From Eledone cirrhosa (taxonomy: Eukaryota): DNA of 64,000 nt. Made by a program: the position numbers and the translations under genes. Positions 58,198 to 64,000 of the stretch are shown here, in pieces. The DNA lies in assembly GCA_964016885.1 (NCBI GenBank), contig OZ024763.1, positions 12,338,001 through 12,402,000 of the forward strand, written 5' to 3'. The notes beneath the pieces were generated by a model that was not told the origin of the DNA, ran no database searches, and was given only the letters and a program-made list of their open reading frames with translations. Every line of letters starts with the position of its first letter. Within the stretch, counting starts at the first letter, position 1.

Positions 58198-58915
58198 ATA
58201 TATGTTTATATATGTGTGTGTGTGTGTATATATGTTTATATATGTGTGTGTGTGTGTATATATGTTTATATATGTGTGTGTGTGTGTATATATGTTTATA
58301 TATATGTGTGTGTGTGTGTGTATATATGTTTATATATATATATATGTGTGTGTGTGTGTATATATGTTTATATATATGTGTGTGTGTGTGTATATATGTT
58401 TATATATATGTGTGTGTGTGTGTGTATATGTTTATATATATGTGTGTGTGTGTGTATATATGTTTATATATATGTGTGTGTGTATATATGTTTATATATA
58501 TGTGTGTGTATATATATGTTTATATGTGTGTGTGTATATACATGTTTATATATGTGTGTTTATATATGTCTATGTATGTGTGTATATATATATATGTTTA
58601 TATATATATATATGTGTGTGTATATATATATGTGTTTATATACATGTGTGTGTGTGTCTATGTATGTGTGTGTGTGTATATGTATATATGTGTTTATATA
58701 TATATGTGTGTGTGTATATGTGTTTGTCTATGTATATATGTGTTTATATATATGTGTGTGCGTGTGTATATGTGTCTATATACATGTGTGTGTGTATAAT
58801 ACATGTCAGAACACAGAGGATAGGGGAAAGTATTTACATTTCATTCTGTTCACAGCTAGGCTTGTAATTCAAAAAGATGTAGTTATATCTACATTAAATT
58901 CCACCTTAAATCTCC

Positions 58916-58956
<41 letters not shown>

Positions 58957-60091
58957 AATACATAGATGCATATATATATATATAAATACATAGACACACA
59001 CACATATATATATATAAATACATACATACACATAAATACATACACACGCACACATAAATACATAGAGACATATATATATAAATACATAGATACATACACA
59101 TAAATACACACATAAATACATACACATACATATAAATACATAGATACGCACATAAATACATGCATACGCATACACTCACACATACATATATATATATATC
59201 TATACATACATTCACACACATAATACATGCATACACACACACACACATAGATACATACACATACACACACATACGCACACGTGGTGTACACGTACACATG
59301 TTATCTCTTGTTAACTGTTCTATGCACCATGTAGTATAAATATGTCCACACCACCATTATCTCTCTATGTAATAAAGTGTGTATAGATAAAACCACATTA
59401 TCTAAATAACATTTGTAAAATTAGAAATGTGAGAGGGTGTGTGTGCACCCCCCTCTGTTCCTCTAGCCCCACCCCCTGGAATGCCAAAACACACCCCCTT
59501 TCCTAACATCACACAACCTTATCTCTCTATACAAATTTTTATCAACTGTTTTTCTTTCTATCTTTTCCATTTGTTTTTGGTTTTTTGCTGACGTAAATAA
59601 GCCCTCGTCCCCTACCCCAGCAGCACACCCACCCCAGACGTTGGGAGAGAGAGAGAGAGAGAGGTTTTTCTTCACATTATCTAACAACCCTGAGTAGATA
59701 AACTGTTTTCATACCTGAAGTTTTGGCTTTCTCTCATACAAAGCTTGTTTATTTTAAAGTGCTTATATTTATCTAAAATTCTTCCATCATGATTTTATGT
59801 AGAAACCTCTATTAAGTTATGTTCCTACGTTCTTAACACCAACTTTGTAATGAGAAAGTTGGCTGTATTAGTAAATACTTCCAAATACATGATTATTTTC
59901 GAAAATTGTTTGAAAATCATAGAGGACAGTGCTTTTCATTAGAAATATGGTAACAAAAGTGTTAGTGTTTATCGAAGCAACTTTTGTCATCATTTATGTA
60001 AGAAACTTTGTTAGGTTATGTTCCAAACATCCCTTCTGTGAGCTTCAGCATTTTCAGATCAGCCCTAACCATTTCTACCTATATCTTCCTT

Positions 60092-60980
60092 GGTCTCCTT
60101 CTACTGCAGCTTCTTTCTATTAGGATCTCCTGGTCTTCCTCTACTCAGCTTCTTTCTATTAGGATCTCCTGGTCTTCCTCTACTCAGCTTCTTTCTATTA
60201 GGATCTCCTGGTCTTCCTCTACTCAGCTTCTTTCTATTAGGATCTCCTGGTCTTCTTCTACTCAGCTTCTTTCCATTAGGATCTCCTGGTCTCCCTCTAC
60301 TCAGCTTATTTCCATTAGGATCTCCTGGTCTTCCTCTACTGTAGCTTCTTTCCATTGCGATCTCCTGGTCTTCTTCTACTCAGCTTCTTTCCATTAGGAT
60401 CTCCTGGTCTCCCTCTACTCAGCTTATTTCCATTAGGATCTCCTGGTCGTCCTCTACTGCAGCTTCTTTCTATTAGGATCTCCTGGTCTTCCTCTACTCA
60501 GCTTCTTTCTATTAGGATCTCCTGGTCTCCCTCTACTCAGCTTCTTTCTATTTGGATCTCCTGGTCTCCCTCTACTCAGCTTCTTTCCATTAGGATCTCC
60601 TGGTCTCCCTCTACTCAGCTTGTTTCTATTAGGATCTCTTGGTCTCCCTCTACTCAGCTTCTTTCTATTGGGATCTCCTGGTCTTCCTCTACTGCAGCTT
60701 CTTTCCATTATTATCTCCTGGTCTTCCTCTACTGCAGCTTCTTTCTATTAGGATCTCCTGGTCTTCCTCTACTGCAGCTTCTTTCCATTATTATCTCCTG
60801 GTCTTCCTCTACTGCAGCTTCTTTCCATTAGGATCTCCTGGTCTTCCTCTACTGCAGCTTCTTTCCATTATTATCTCCTGGTCTTCCTCTACTCAGCTTC
60901 TTTCCATTAGGATCTCCTGGTCTTTCCATTGCGATCTCCTGGTCGTCCTCTACTCAGCTTCTTTCCATTGGGATCTCCTT
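60092..60980. repeat. 39/40-bp minisatellite, about 22 copies
   Basis: gcttctttctattaggatctcctggtcttcctctactca. Confidence 0.95.
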
Positions 60981-61889
60981 CACACTACATTCCATTCCTC
61001 TCCTACCCAGTTCTCCTCCCAGTTTATCAACACACTGTCGTCAATACACAGTTACATCATACATCCATCGAGGCTTGCTCACTTCATTTCTCTCCAACCT
61101 ACACATCTCTGCATCCAATGTCATTTCACATCATGAGCAGGCACCACACAGCCGACCTCTTTGTGTCATCAGAGGGTAATGCATAGAATTGTAAGAATGG
61201 TTTGCTAAAGAGGAATATAAGGATTGCGAACGATTGAAACAGTTCTAGTCCTGTAAGAGTCATTTCTATATGAAACAAAGAGGTTATATACACACACACA
61301 CATATATATACACACACATGCCACTAAACAGTTGTGTCAGATATTTCAGTAAGAATGTAAATGTAATGTTTAGCTCACTGTGTAATCTCTCTCTCTCTCT
61401 CTCTCTCCTACACAACCCCACCACCATTCCTACCAGAATCTGGTGCCAAGTTTATTATTAAAACAACATTCAAGATGGCAAGCTATCTCATTTTTAGTTC
61501 ATATGTAAACCTCCACCTCACCTCTCTCTCACCACCCTATCCTCTCTACCATCAACATATCCACCACCGCCACTCCACCTCCACCATACCCACCACCACC
61601 GCCACCATACCCACCACACCAAGCTATCATCTTTAGTTGATATCTAAACATTGCACAGGAAGGAAACATCTGTTTGATGTCTGTCTGTCTGTCTGTGTGT
61701 GTGTGTGTGTGTCACTGTCTATCTCTATCTGTGTATGTGTCTTTGTCTGGGTATGTATGTCTCTCTCTCTCCCTCTCTGTCTGTTTGCCTGTCTTAACAG
61801 TTCTCCTGAGAAAAGACTGGATATATATGTACATATTACTGATAACACTAATACAGTGTCTTTCAGAGTAAAGTAGCAGTTAAGTCCAT

Positions 61890-63261
61890 CAGTTAATGAT
61901 AGCTCCCTGTTATGGTGATATTTCAGTTACTAACAGCTCCCTGTTATGGAGATATTTCAGTTAATGATAGCTCCCTGTTATGGAGATATTTCAGTTAATG
62001 ATAGCTCCCTGTTATGGTGATATTTCAGTTACTAACAGCTCCCTGTTATGGAGATATTTCAGTTAATGATAGCTCCCTGTTATGGAGATATTTCAGTTAA
62101 TGATAGCTCCCTGTTATGGTGATATTTCAGTTACTAACAGCTCCCTGTTATGGTGATATTTCAGTTACTAACAGCTCCCTGTTATGGAGATATTTCAGTT
62201 ACTAACAGCTCCCTGTTATGGAGATATTTCAGTTACTAACAGCTCCCTGTTATGGAGATATTTCAGTTACTAACAGCTCCCTGTTATGGAGATATTTCAG
62301 TTACTAACAGCTCCCTGTTATGGAGATATTTCAGTTACTAACAGCTCCCTGTTATGGTGATATTTCAGTTACTAACAGCTCCCTGTTATGGTGATATTTC
62401 AGTTAATGATAGCTCCCTGTTACGTTTCAGTTAATGATTGCTCCCTGTTACGTTTCAGTTAATGATTGCTCCCTGTTACGTTTCAGTTAATGATTGCTCC
62501 CTGTTACGTTTCAGTTAATGATTGCTCCCTGTTACGTTTCAGTTAATGATAGCTCCATGTTATATTTGAGTTAATGATAGCTCCCTGTTATATTTGAGTT
62601 AATGATAGCTCCCTGTTATATTTGAGTTAATGATAGCTCCCTGTTATATTTGAGTTAATGATAGCTCCCTGTTATATTTGAGTTAATGATAGCTCCCTGT
62701 TATATTTGAGTTAATGATAGCTCCCTGTTATATTTGAGTTAATGATAGCTCCCTGTTATATTTGAGTTAATGATAGCTCCCTGTTATATTTGAGTTAATG
62801 ATAGCTCCCTGTTATATTTGAGTTAATGATAGCTCCATGTTATATTTGAGTTAATGATAGCTCCCTGTTATATTTGAGTTAATGATAGCTCCCTGTTATA
62901 TTTGAGTTAATGATAGCTCCCTGTTATATTTGAGTTAATGATAGCTCCCTGTTATATTTGAGTGAATGATAGCTCCATGTTATATTTGAGTTAATGATAG
63001 CTCCCTGTTATATTTGAGTTAATGATAGCTCCCTGTTATATTTGAGTGAATGATAGCTCCATGTTATATTTGAGTTAATGATAGCTCCCTGTTATATTTG
63101 AGTTAATGATAGCTCCCTGTTGTGTTTCAGTTAATGATAGCTCCCTGTTATATTTGAGTTAATGATAGCTCCCTGTTATATTTGAGTTAATGATAGCTCC
63201 CTGTTATATTTGAGTTAATGATAGCTCCCTGTTGTGTTTCAGTTAAGGATAGCTCCCTGTT
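61890..63261. repeat. 34-bp to 28-bp minisatellite, more than 40 copies
   Basis: ttcagttaatgatagctccctgttatggagatat, then ttgagttaatgatagctccctgttatat. Confidence 0.95.
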
Positions 63262-63354
63262 GTCGTCAATCAGTTGTATACCATAGTGTAGTTTTGTGTG
63301 TGATCTTATTTTATAATATATATATATTGGCAGACGTATAGCATGACATCGTAA

Positions 63355-63395
<41 letters not shown>

Positions 63396-63558
63396 TAATG
63401 TATATATTGGCAGACATATAGCATGACTTCGTAAATGTGTTTGTGTATATATATATACACACACACACATATATATAATGTATATATTTAGATTATTATG
63501 CTCTGTATTCTTCCATAAGTGATTAATACAATAAGATTTTTAGCATTCGCTAATGAAT

Positions 63559-63668
<110 letters not shown>

Positions 63669-63839
63669 CCTCTCTCTCTCTCCATACATACATACACAAA
63701 TTATGTAAAGTAAAAATATATATACACACATATATGTACATATATAGATATATACACACACACACATATACACATGCATATACATACATATATATATATA
63801 CATATACATGCACACACATATATATATATATATATACAT

Positions 63840-63870
<31 letters not shown>

Positions 63871-64000
63871 CACACACATATATATATATATATACACACA
63901 CATATATACATATACACATATAAAGTAAAAGTCTATATTAATCAATTTACTCTGGAAATTCTCCAAAGTGTTTATTTAATCTATTAAGATTTTAGATTTG

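Overview
This is eukaryotic, extremely microsatellite- and minisatellite-rich DNA with no intact protein-coding gene. The repeat repertoire (Nin/Deu-domain tRNA-SINEs, RTE LINE tails, a decayed GEK-Y-C-IC-GKSF zinc finger) suggests an octopod cephalopod; this is inference. Almost all listed ORFs are artefacts of (TA)n/(CA)n/(CT)n repeats. Recognisable content includes about 10 tRNA-derived SINE copies, RTE-LINE fragments, Tc1/mariner and hAT MITEs, a C2H2 zinc-finger pseudogene fragment and many tandem arrays. The main hidden signal is a population of short elements from at least six families that carry minimal type I hammerhead ribozyme (HHR) motifs of the Penelope-like element (PLE)/retrozyme kind. 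Four have intact cores (6751-6818, 23125-23188, 36060-36124, 57098-57163), with compensatory stem changes between copies. About ten insertions are fold-back palindromes, mostly next to (TA)n, and their inversion points all fall within the ribozyme (stem II or next to the core). Structures were read by eye and have not been computed.
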